From Squalus acanthias (lineage: Eukaryota), in contig CM059431.1 in NCBI GenBank assembly GCA_030390025.1, positions 135,534,001 to 135,598,000 of the forward strand: 64,000 nt of DNA. The letters are read 5' to 3'. The notes beneath the pieces were generated by a model. That model was not told the origin of the DNA. It saw nothing but the letters and a program-made list of their open reading frames with translations, and did not search any database. Below, piece after piece: positions 12,601-24,110 of this stretch (positions within the stretch are counted from its first letter, which is position 1; every line of letters begins with the position of its first letter). The translations under genes and the position numbers were made by a program.

Positions 12601-15600
12601 AGTATCTGGAGCGAGAGTATCTGGAGCGGGAGTACCTGGAGCGGGAGTACCTGGAGCGGGAGTATCTGGAGCGAGAGTATCTGGAGCAAGAGTATCTGGA
12701 GTGGGAGTACCTGGAGCGGGAGTACCTGGAGCGGGAGTATCTGGAGTTGGAGTATCTGGAGTGGGAGTATCCGATGTGGGAGTATCTGGAGTGGGAGTAT
12801 CTGGAGTGGGAGTATCTGGAGCGGGAGTACCTGGAGCGGGAGTACCTGGAGCGGGAGTACCTGGAGCGGGAGTACCTGGAGCGGGATTATCTGGAGTGGG
12901 AGTACCTGGAGTTGGAGTATCTGGAGTGGGAGTACCTGGACTGGGAGTATTTGGAGTGTGGGTACCTGGAGTTGGAGTATCTGGAGTGGCAGTATCTGGA
13001 GTGGGAGTATCTGGAGTGGGAGTATCTGGAGTGGGAGTATCTGGAGTGGGAGTATCTGGAGCGAGAGTACCTGGAGCGGGAGTATCTGGAGCGGGAGTAC
13101 CTAGAGCGGGAGTACCTGGAGCGAGAGTACCTGGAGCGGCAGTATCTGGAGCGGGAGTACCTGGAGCGGGAGTATCTGCAGTGGGAGTACCTGGAGCGAG
13201 AGTATCTGGAGCGGGAGTATCTGGAGCGGGAGTATCTGGAGTGGGAGTATCTGCAGTGGTAGTATCTGGAGTGGGAGTATCTGCAGTGGTAGTATCTGGA
13301 GCGGGATTACCTGGAGCGGGAGTATCTGGAGCGGGAGTATCTGGAGTGGGAGTATCTGGAGTGGGAGTACATGGAGTGGGAGTACCTGGAGCGGGAGTAC
13401 CTGGAGTGGGAGTACCTGGAGTGGGAGTATCTGGAGTGGGAGTACCTGGAGTGGGAGTACCTGGAGTGGGAGTACCTGGAGCGAGAGTATCTGGAGCAAG
13501 AGTACCTGGAGCGGGAGTACCTGGAGTGGGAGTACCTGGAGTGGGAGTACCTGGAGTGGGAGTACCTGGAGTGGGAGTATCTGCAGTGGGAGTATCTGCA
13601 GTGGTAGTATCTGGAGCAAGAGTACCTGGAGTGGGAGTATCTGGAGTGGTAGTCTCTGGAGCAAGAGTACCTGGAGTGGGAGGACCTGGAGTGGGAGTAC
13701 CTAGAGTGGGAGTATCTGGAGTGGTAGTATCTTGAGCAAGAGTACCTGGAGTGGGAGTACCTGGAGTGGGAGTATCTGGAGTAGGAGTATCTGGAGTGGG
13801 AGTACCTGGACTGGGAGTATTTGGAGTGTGAGTACCTGGAGTTGGAGTATCTGGAGTGGCAGTATCTGGAGTGGGAGTATCTGGAGTGGGAGTATCTGGA
13901 GTGGGAGTATCTGGAGTGGGAGTATCTGGAGCGAGAGTACCTGGAGCGGGAGTATCTGGAGCGGGAGTACCTAGAGCGGGAGTACCTGGAGCGAGAGTAC
14001 CTGGAGCGGCAGTATCTGGAGCGGGAGTACCTGGAGCGGGAGTATCTGGAGCGGGAGTACCTGGAGCGAGAGTATCTGGAGCGGGAGTATCTGGAGCGGG
14101 AGTATCTGGAGCGGGAGTATCTGGAGTGGGAGTATCTGCAGTGGTAGTATCTGGAGTGGGAGTATCTGCAGTGGTAGTATCTGGAGCGGGATTACCTGGA
14201 GTGGGAGTACCTGGAGTGGGAGTACCTGGAGTGGGAGTATCTGGAGTGGGAGTACATGGAGTGGGAGTACCTGGAGCGGGAGTACCTGGAGTGGGAGTAC
14301 CTGGATTGGGAGTACCTGGAGTGGGAGTATCTGGAGTGGGAGTACCTGGAGTGGGAGTACCTGGAGCGAGAGTATCTGGAGCAAGAGTACCTGGAGCGGG
14401 AGTACCTGGAGCGGGAGTACCTAGAGCGGGAGTACCTGGAGTGGGAGTACCTGGAGTGGGAGTACCTGGAGTGGGAGTACCTGGAGTGGGAGTACCTGGA
14501 GTGGGAGTACCTGGAGTGGGAGTATCTGGAGTGGGAGTATCTGCAGTGGTAGTATCTGGAGCAAGAGTACCTGGAGTGGGAGTATCTGAAGTGGTAGTAT
14601 CTGGAGCAAGAGTACCTGGAGTGGGAGTATCTGGAGTGGGAGTACCTAGAGTGGGAGTATCTGGAGTGGTAGTATCTTGAGCAAGAGTACCTGGAGTGGG
14701 AGTACCTGGAGTGGGAGTATCTGGAGTAGGAGTATCTGGAGTGGGAGTATCTGGAGTGGTAGTATCTGGAGCAAGAGTACCTGGAGTGGGAGTATCTGGA
14801 GTGGTAGTATCTGGAGCAAGAGTACCTGGAGTGGGAGTATCTGGAGCGAGAGTACCTGGAGCGGGAGTAACGGGAGCGGGAGTACCTGGAGCGGGATTAT
14901 CTGGAGCGGGAGTACCTGGAGTTGGAGTATCTGGAGTGGGAGTACCTGGACTGGGAGTATTTGGAGTGTGAGTACCTGGAGTTGGAGTATCTGGAGTGGG
15001 AGTATCTGGAGTGGGAGTATCTGGAGTGGGAGTATCTGGAGTGGGAGTATCTGGAGCGAGAGTACCTGGAGCGGGAGTATCTGGAGCGGGAGTACCTAGA
15101 GCGGGAGTACCTGGAGCGAGAGTACCTGGAGCGGGAGTATCTGGAGCGGGAGTACCTGGAGCGGGAGTATCTGGAGTGGGAGTACCTGGAGCGAGAGTAT
15201 CTGGAGCGGGAATATCTGGAGCGGGAGTATCTGGAGCGGGCGTATCTGGAGCGGGAGTATCTGGAGTGGGAGTCTCTGCAGTGGTAGTATCTGGAGTGGG
15301 AGTATCTGCAGTGGTAGTATCTGGAGTGGGAGTACCTGGAGTGGGAGTACCTGGAGTGGGAGTATCTGGAGTGGGAGTACCTGGAGTGGGAGTACCTGGA
15401 GCGGGAGTACCTGGAGTGGGAGTACCTGGAGTGGGAGTACCTGGAGTGGGAGTATCTGGAGTGGGAGTACCTGGAGTGGGAGTACCTGGAGCGGGAGTAC
15501 CTGGAGCGAGAGTATCTGGAGCAAGAGTACCTGGAGCGGGAGTACCTGGAGCGGGAGTACCTAGAGCGGGAGTACCTGGAGCAGGAGTACCTGGAGTGGG

Positions 15601-18281
15601 AGTACCTGGAGTGGGAGTACCTGGAGTGGGAGTATCTGCAGTGGTAGTATCTGGAGCAAGAGTACCTGGAGTGGGAGTACCTGGAGTGGGAGTACCTGGA
15701 GTGGGAGTATCTGGAGTGGGAGTATCTTGAGCAAGAGTACCTGGAGTGGGAGTACCTGGAGTGGGAATATCTGGAGTAGGAGTATCTGGAGTGGGAGTAT
15801 CTGGAGTGGTAGTATCTGCAGCAAGAGTACCTGGAGTGGGAGTATCTGGAGTGGTAGTATCTGGAGCAAGAGTACCTGGAGTGGGAGTATCTGGAGTGGG
15901 AGTATCTGGAGTGGGAGTATCTGGAGTGGGAGTATCTGGAGTGGGAGTACCTGGAGTGGGAGTACGTGGAGTGGGAGTACCTGGAGTGGGAGTACCTGCA
16001 GTGCGAGTACCTGCAGTGCGAGTATCTGGAGTGGGAGTATCTGGAGTGGGAGTATCTGGAGTGGGAGTATCTGGAGTGGGAGTACATGGAGTGGGAGTAC
16101 CTGGAGCGGGAGTACCTGGAGCGGGAGTATCTGGAGTAGGAGTATCTGGAGTGGGAGTATCTGGAGTGGGAGTACATGGAGTGGGAGTATCTGGAGTGGG
16201 AGTACCTGGAGTGGGAGTATCTGGAGTAGGAGTATCTGGAGTGGGAGTACCTGGAGCGGGAGTACCTGGAGTGTGAGTACCTGGAGTGGGAGTACCTGGA
16301 GTGGGAGTACCTGGAGCGGGAGTATCTGGAGCGAGAATACCTGGAGCGAGAGTACCTGGAGCGAGAGTACCTGGAGCGAGAGTACCTGGAGCGGGAGTAT
16401 CTGGAGCGGGAGTATCTGTAGCGGGAGTATCTGGAGCGGGAGTACCTGGAGCGGGAATATCTGGAGCGGGAGTATCTGTAGCGGGAGTATCTGGAGCGGG
16501 AGTACCTGGAGCGAGAGTATCTGGAGCGGGAGTATCTGGAGCGGGAGTATCTGGAGCGGGAGTACCTGGAGCGGGAGTATCTGGAGCGGGAGTATCTGGA
16601 GCGGGAGTACCTGGAGCGGGAGTACCTGGAGTGGGAGTACCTGGAGTGGGAGTATCTGGAGTGGGATTACCTGGAGTGGGAGTATCTGGAGTGGGAGTAT
16701 CTGGAGTGGGAGTACCTGGAGTGGCAGTATCTGGAGTGGGAGTATCTGGAGCGGGAGTATCTGGAGTGGGATTACCTGGAGTGGGAGTATCTGGAGTGGG
16801 AGTATCTGGAGTGGGAGTACCTGGAGTGGGAGTATCTGGAGTGGGAGTATCTGGAGCGGGAGTATCTGGAGTGGGAGTATCTGGAGTGGGATTACCTGGA
16901 GTGGGAGTATCTGGAGTGGGATTACCTGGAGTGGGAGTATCTGGAGTGGGAGTATCTGGAGCGGGAGTATCTGGAGTGGGAGTATCTGGAGTGGGAGTAT
17001 CTGGAGTGGGAGTATCTGGAGTGGGATTACCTGGAGTGGGAGTATCTGGAGTGGGAGTATCTGGAGCGGGAGTACCTGGAGCGGGAGTACCTGGAGTGGG
17101 AGTACCTGGAGCGAGAGTACCTGGAGCGAGAGTACCTGGAGTGGGAGTACCTGGAGTGGGAGTAACTGGAGTGGGAGTCTCTGGAGTGGGATTACCTGGA
17201 GTGGGAGTATCTGGAGTGGGAGTATCTGGAGCGGGAGTACCTGGAGCGGGAGTACCTGGAGCGGGAGTATCTGGAGTGGGAGTATCTGGAGTGGGAGTAT
17301 CTGGAGTGGGAGTACCTGGAGTGGGAGTACCTGGAGTGGGAGTATCTGGAGCGGGAGTACCTGGAGCGGGAGTACCTGGAGTGGGAGTATCTGGAGTGGG
17401 AGTATCTGGAGCGGGAGTACCTGGAGTGGGAGTACCTGGAGCGGGAGTACCTGGAGCGGGAGTACCTGGAGTGGGAGTACCTGGAGCAAGAGTACCTGGA
17501 GCGGGAGTACCTGGAGTGGGAGTACCTGGAGCGGGAGTACCTGGAGTGGGAGTACCTGGAGCGGGAGTACCTGGAGCGGGAGTACCTGGAGCGGGAGTAC
17601 CTGGAGTGGGAGTACCTGGAGCGGGAGTACCTGGAGCGGGAGTACCTGGAGTGGGAGTATCTGGAGCGGGAGTACCTGGAGTGGGAGTATCTGGAGTGGG
17701 AGTATCTGGAGCGGGAGTACCTGGAGTGGGAGTATCTGGAGTGGGAGTATCTGGAGCGGGAGTACCTGGAGTGGGAGTATCTGGAGCGGGAGTATCTGGA
17801 GCGGGAGTATCTGGAGCGGGAGTATCTGGAGCGGGAGTATCTGGAGTGGGAGTACCTGGAGCGGGAGTACCTGGAGCGGGAGTACCTGGAGCGGGAGTAC
17901 CTGGAGCGGGAGTATCTGGAGTGGGAGTATCTGGAGTGGAAGTATCTGGAGCTGGAGTACCTGGAGCGGGAGTACCTGGAGCGGGAGTACCTGGAGCGGG
18001 AGTACCTGGAGCGGGAGTACCTGGAGCGGGAGTACCTGGAGTGGGAGTACCTGGAGTGGGAGTACCTGGAGCGGGAGTACCTGGAGTGGGATTTTCCCCA
18101 GCCAGGTCAACATAAAAGCTGAGTTTCAGGGGAAGTAAGGGTGAGAGAGGCTGGGAGTTGAAGAGCTAAAAGATGTGTTGTGACCTTGCTTTGTGTTATG
18201 TGCTTTAAAAAAAAAAGGTGTTTGGAACTTGGATTGATCAAGGGCTACTGTTGGTGAAAGATGGTAGGACCTTGCAACACA
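3645..18281 (+). mobile_element. Putative 5' LTR of a Gmr1-like Gypsy element, split by the 15-bp array (about 3645-3769 plus 18091-18281)
   Basis: GC content rises at about 3645 (TATTG..); taattgCACCTG precedes the array; CATAAAAG at 18111; ends ...ccttgcaACA/CA at 18279-18281. Removing the Harbinger (18283-20057) joins this end to a tRNA-Leu PBS and gag. Confidence 0.55.
3756..18090 (+). repeat. Giant minisatellite, about 955 x 15-bp units, consensus GGAGTA(C/T)CTGGAG(T/C)G
   Basis: Every 60-nt line from 3781 to 18061 starts in the same unit phase. Variation is by substitution, mainly at two C/T positions. Confidence 0.99.
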
Positions 18282-18282
18282 T

Positions 18283-20057
18283 GGGCCGCAATTTCGCCAG
18301 CCATGGCGAGTCCAGTGCTGCCGGAGCAGACAGCGACATCAAACTCCGTACCAGTCTTCATCCCGCCTCCTCCAAGCGATTTTGCCCTGATTGAGCTTGC
18401 TAAGCCCGCCCTTTGAGGTTCCCGGCCAATTAAAAGGAAGCGGGTCTGATGACGTTATCTGATGACGCGTCATCAGCTGGTTTCCTTAAAGGGGCCATGC
18501 CCACATTCATTTTGACAGTTGTGCTGTCAGTGTTCTGAAGCATTGAGGTGCTGCAAACACTGACAAGCACTGCACAAAGGTGCAAGGCTGCATCTAGGCT
18601 CTCCCATGACTCCCTCCATATGCTGATGGAGGGAGTCACAGCATGCAGGGAGGTCCTCTTCTCTTCCAATGGGCGGAAGAGACCTCCCCAAGATATCAAC
18701 GCAGCCTGGTTGCACATTGCACAGGAGGACACAAGCAGGGATGCCATCAGGAGGACCAGGCTGCAGTGACACAAACCTTTCAATGATCACGGTAGATCAC
18801 GAAACGTTACTGCCAAGCCACACTCAACCTCATCCTGCTGTGCCACTCATCACATCCCCATCACTCTGCCTTCCCTACCCTACTCCTGCACATCTTTCCT
18901 CACACCAACTTACCTTGCACCTCCACCGATCCCTCTCTATCTACGCAATCACTTCCCCATCTCACTAGCCACCCCTCACCCTCACCCTCATCCTACTGCA
19001 AGCATATCAACTAACAACACACAAGGGTAGGCACTTGGGTGTTTTAGACAATATTCATGGGAAGTTTCTGTTAATGTGCTGTCAAACATTGAAATCTTTA
19101 CTTTGAACACTTTGCATTCTTCGACAGATTTGTGTGCACCTTTGGAAGTGGCTTAATGAGTTGCAGTGAATGGTGAGACATAACGTCCCCCCCTCCCCAC
19201 AATGGTGATGAGTGTGAAAGGAATGGCTTGGACATTGTAGGGATGCTTTATGGTGCTGGTGTGGGGTGGTGTCAACCTGGTAGATCATGTGTACAGTGAA
19301 ACAAATCTGGACATGGTGAGGCCATCGTTGGTGTCCCAGGCAGCAGTGTGCTTGGGTGATGATGCACAGTGTCCGGTGCAGCATCAGGTGATTGTGGAGA
19401 AGGTTGGTGTGGATGTTGGTGCTGCTGGTGTGCCCACTGATGCTGGTTTTGGGGCTGATCGTGTTGGGATTCTGAGGACTAAAGTGAGATTCTTTCAAGG
19501 GCACCGATCCTGATGGAATAGATGGCAGGTGAGGTTGAGATGACAGAAGCGATCTGTCAATGTTGAGATAGGTTGTTCCAAGGAGGTGACAATGGATAGA
19601 GAGAATACTCCAAGCACTTCAAAAGTGCATAAAGCTCAAGAGTGGGTTCCAAATCATTAATGCTCCAGCTTCTGACATTGGAAAGTGACCAGCTGTAAAA
19701 TGGTAGCTTTTAAACCACTTTTGCAGCTGTCACCTATTCAAAGAAATGGAGAGTTGTTCAGAACCCGACATACTTACCTGGCGTGATCCCCGAGTGATGG
19801 GAACCTCATGGAAAACTTGGGAAAATGCTTTGTACCTGGGAAAATGATGATTAAATTGCTTTAAACACCCTCTTAACGAACACAATTGCATGGCCCACCG
19901 CTTAGTGCCGGGTCTGCAAAGCGCAGGCAGAGCCGGCACTAGGGAAACTCACAAGGAGGCGGGTTTTGAGAGGGATACCATCCCGCTGTCAATCTTTTGA
20001 TTTTGACAGTGGACCTGCCTCCGAACCCGTCCTCTGAGCGTTGGCAAAATTCAGCAC
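18283..20057 (+). mobile_element. Non-autonomous PIF/Harbinger element with a Myb/SANT-like remnant
   Basis: Imperfect TIRs gggccgcaatttcgcca / tggcaaaattcagcac. 18548-18790 encodes RLSHDSLHMLMEGV..EVLF..AAWLHIA..RRTRLQ*HKPFND (Myb_DNA-bind_5-like). Confidence 0.7.
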
Positions 20058-20058
20058 C

Positions 20059-20080
20059 AGGTGTCAGAAGTCGGATCGAA
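20059..20080 (+). promoter_or_regulatory. Primer-binding site complementary to tRNA-Leu(CAA)
   Basis: aGGTGTCAGAAGTcGGATCGAA versus TGGTGTCAGAAGTGGGATTCGAA (recalled tRNA-Leu-CAA complement); ATG follows at 20099. Confidence 0.7.
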
Positions 20081-20098
20081 TCTCTAACAAAGAAAAAG

Positions 20099-20610
20099 AT
20101 GAACCCAATGGAGGAAATATTGAGAGAACTGGTGCGGACTACACAAGCTCTGTAAGAGGCCCATGGGACCGCAGAAGAGAGGACCACAAAGCTCCTTGAG
20201 GTCCAGCAGGAGACCACCCGGCTACTAGTGAACCAGGTTGTCCAGAGTCTGGGAGAGATTGTGGAATTGAGACAGTGGCAGGGCCAAATGGAGGGGCTGG
20301 AATCCTCCTTCCATCCTATCCAAGCCAGTCTAATGCTGAAGAAAATTATTTGAGAATGATGTGGAGGCATACCTCAGCTTTTGAAAGATCTGTAGAGTGG
20401 GAGAGGTGGTCACAAGACCAATGGACTGGCATTGTGGCACCTTTCTTAGCGGCCGATGCTAAGAAGGCCTACTTTGACCTGTAGCCATAGGCGGCAGCCA
20501 ACTACCCACAGTTCAAGGCAGAGATCCTCACCAGGGCTGGTCAGATACCCTACATTCTCCAGGCCACGCAATCCTGGGCGACCCCCGAGTCCAAAGAATG
20601 GGACTGGATT
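20099..20610 (+). pseudogene. Gmr1-like Gypsy gag remnant, N-terminal part
   Basis: MNPMEEILRELVR...ENDVEAY/AFERSVEWERWSQDQWTGIVAPFLAADAKKAYFDL*..NYPQFKAEILTRAG matches the pre-SCAN Gag motif pattern of vertebrate Gmr1-like elements. Stops and frameshifts present. Confidence 0.75.
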
Positions 20611-23600
20611 CATAAGAACATAAGAAATAGGAGCAGGAGTAGGCCATAAGGCCCCTCAAGCCTGCTCCGCCATTCAATAAGATCATGGCTGATCATTGAC
20701 CTCAACTCCATATCCCTTGATTCCCCTAGAGTCCAAAAATCTATCTATCTCAGCCTTGAATATACTCAAAGACTCAGCATTCACAGCCCTCTGGGGCAGA
20801 GAATTCCAAGGATTCACAACCATCTGAGTGAAGAAATTCCTCCTCATCTCAGTCTTAAATGGCCTACCCCTTATCCTGAGACTATGCCCCCTAGTTCCAG
20901 ACACTCCAGCCAGGGGAAACAACCTCTCAGCATCTACCCTGCCAATCCCCTTCAGAATCTTGTATGTTTCAATGAGATCACCTCTCATTCTTCTAAACTG
21001 CAGAGAGTATAGGCCCATTCTACACAATCTCTCATCATAGGACAGCCCACTCATCCCAGGAATCAATCTCGTGAATTTTCATTGCACCGCCTCCAAGGCA
21101 AGTATATCCTTCCTTAGATAAGGAGACCAAAACTGTGCACAGTACTCCAGGTGTGGTCTCAGCAAGGCACTATATAATTGTAGCAAGAATTTCTTAGGTA
21201 GTCTTCTTTGGAAGATCAAAACCAATGCATCCACTATCTTTTCAGCTGCCTCTTTTAGAACCCTAGGATGTAGGCCGTCAGGTCCAAGGGATTTGTCGAC
21301 TTTTACTCCCATTAGTTGCTCTAGTACTTTTTCTCTACTTATATTAATTACATTAAGTTCCTCACCGTCATTAGACCCTTGGTTCCCCACCATTTTTTAT
21401 ATGCTTTTTGTGTCTTCTACTGTGAAGACAGATATAAAATAATTTGTTTAACGTTTCTGCCATTTCCTTATTCCCCATCATAATTTCTCCTGTCTCAGCC
21501 TCTAAAGGACCAACGTTTACTTTTGCTACCATTTTCCTTTTTACATACTTGTAGAACACTTACAATCTGCTTTTATATTTCTTGCTAGTTTTCTCTCATT
21601 CTATTTTTTCCCTTTTTATCAATTTTTTGGTCAACCTTTGCTGGTTTCTGAAACTCTCCCAATCCTCAGGCTTACTATTATTCTTTGCAACATTATAAGC
21701 CTCTTCTTTCAATCTAATGCTATCCTTAATTTCTTTAGTTAGCCACGGTTGGATGACTTTTCCCATGGAGTTTTTGTTTCTCAATGGAATGTATTTTTGT
21801 TGAGAATTATGAAGTATTTCTTTAAATGCTAGCCACTGCTTATCTACCGCCATACCGTTTAATATATTTTTCCAATCTACCTTAGCCAACTTGCCCCTCA
21901 TACCTATGTAATTGGCTTTATTTAAGTTTAAGGGGGAAAAATTCAGTTGGTTGCGCCTCCCGTTAGCGCCTTAAGAGGGCGCTAATGGGGCGCAAAGCAA
22001 CTAGCGCCCGGGCGCGTCAATGTTTGCGCCGCTCGCGAAATTAACTAGACATTTTGTGGCGGCGCTAAACACTATCGCCACGATCTCCTGCACCGGCAGA
22101 TCGTGACGTCAGTCGAGTGCGCAACGCCCCGGTAGCGCCCGGTGCGGATATTGAGTGGCGCCCCCTGCCTTACCGCCTGCCGCTAGGAATGACAGGTTGA
22201 GGGGAGCGTTTTGCAGTCAGGAAGGGACTGGCGGAGCGCTATTTAAAGGCGACCGCTTCCTGCCTTTTTTTGTTGGTGACATTTTTGAACCACGCATTCT
22301 GAGAGAGAGAGAGAAAGACTTCTGGAGAGATTCAACGATGTGTGAAGGAGTTTTGGGTACTGAGCAGCACTTTGCAGGTTCATTTTGACTTGCCCTTTCT
22401 TGTATCGATTTAGAAGAGACTGTGGGGGTTGCACTCTGAGCTCTTTCCCTGGTTCACTCCATTGTTCTTTCCAGCAGATTTGATGTACAGGTCTCTCCAG
22501 GCCAAGATTCAAGGCTGCAATGAGCAGGATGTGGATGGAAAGCAAGATCAACCCACCCCTTTAAGAACTGTCTGGCGCCATTGTGTCTGTGTTCCATTGC
22601 TGACTGACATCACATGGGCTTCACCAGCGCTTTGAGTTAGCGCCTCGCTCCTCGGCCTTTGCGCCTTAAGACAGATGTGTAGTGCATGATTTAGCGCTCC
22701 AATCACCTCCAGGGGCGATAAAAGTCAAGTTTGCAGTCGGAAGCGATTATTAGCGCCAGGCGCTAATCTTTGCGCCCGGCCGATAATTGCACCCCAAACG
22801 GGGCGATACTGAATTTTTCCCCCTAAGACTCTAGTTTCGGACTTTGGCAAGTCACTCTCAAAATTAATGTGAAATTCTATCATATTATGATCACTCTACC
22901 CCAGAGGATCCTTTGCTATGAAATTGCTAATTAACCCTGTCTCATTACACAGTACAAGATCTAAAATAACCTGTTCCCTGGTTGGTTCCATGACATATTG
23001 TTCTCGGATACTGTCCCGAATGCATTCCATGAACTCTTCCTCCAGACTACCTTTGCCAATTTGATTTGTTCAGTCTATATGAAGATTAAAGTCCCCCAAG
23101 ATTATTACATTACCTTTGTTGCAAGCTCCTACTAATTTTTGATTAATATTCTGTGCAATGGTATAGCTTCTGTTAGGGGGCCTGTATACTACTCCTACCA
23201 GTGTTTTCTGCCCCTTGTTATTCTTTATCTCCACCCATACTGATTGTACTTCCCGATCTTCCGAGCCAAGATCCTTTCTCGCTACTGTCCTTATGTCATC
23301 CTTTATTATCAGGGCTACGCCACCTCCTTTTCCATTCTGCCTGTCTTTTCGAAATGTCAAGTATCCTGGAACACTTAGTTCCCAACCTTGGCCAGCTTGC
23401 AACCATGTCTCTGTAATGGCTATTAGATCAAACCCATTTATCTCTATTTGTGCCACTAGTTCGTCTATCTTGTTACAAATGCTTTGTGCATTCAGATAAA
23501 GAGACTTTAATTTACATTTTTTATCATTATTCCCTGCTTTGACCTTATTCTCTGCTGCACTGCTACCATTAAACTCTCTGTCCCTTCCTGTCAAACTCTG

Positions 23601-23709
23601 CTTATTTTTACCCAAATCACTGCACTGCTCTATTGCCTTGACCTTTCTCTTTAGATTTCTAAATTTCCCTTCTCCTGACCCCTCCCCCCCTTTTTTAGTT
23701 TAAAGCCCT
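20611..23709 (-). mobile_element. CR1 LINE with an internal deletion of most of RT (about 21200), interrupted by a MITE
   Basis: APE motifs LYLNAQSI..AITETW..GDFN (23070-23615), RT C-terminus (20683-21200), (TTCTTATG)n tail at 20611; possible ATTC target duplication. Confidence 0.92.
21932..22823. mobile_element. PIF/Harbinger-type MITE, 892 bp
   Basis: Perfect 16-bp TIR GGGGGAAAAATTCAGT and TAA TSD (21929-31 / 22824-26). Confidence 0.93.
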
Positions 23710-24110
23710 ATTCTGGGCGGATAAAACACCTGGGGGGACAAAAGGGTGCTGAAAAGCGGTTAAGGGACTTATGCGTGTGGCCCATGTATCTACAAATCCT
23801 GGGAGAAACAGGAAACAAGGGGCCGATGTGATCAGTGGGGTCATGTTGCGGCACATTGACCAAACCAGAAGGTGCCCATGCAATGCAGCCCCGGGGATTC
23901 TGGGGATGCCAGCAGGGGTTACCTGAGTTGGGTAGTGAAGCTTGTAAACTATGTGGAAGCTGCTCAGCCCTTCCTAGAAACAATAAAGGTGAATGGAAAG
24001 GAGGTGATGGCACTTACTGACTCGGAGTGCAGTAAACCTAGTTTCCGTAAGTCTAGTACGGCCTTCAGGTCTCGACCACGTGGCTAAACCGGGAGTCATG
24101 TGCGTACAAT
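23710..24110 (+). pseudogene. Gypsy gag zinc knuckle and protease remnant, continuing 20099-20610
   Basis: RCDQWGHVAAH*PNQKVPMQC (degenerate CCHC), then PFLETIKVNGKEVMALTDSEC (aspartic protease LDSG-like motif). Confidence 0.72.

Noticed and set aside
3756..18090. CRISPR array or telomeric repeat
   Set aside because: No spacers or cas genes, eukaryotic context, and the unit is not TTAGGG.
3741..18138. Long ORFs (LPLQ[IV])n, (EYLEW)n, (YSHSR)n and (WSGST)n as genes
   Set aside because: They follow automatically from a 15-bp unit that lacks stops in most frames; no true start or domain context.
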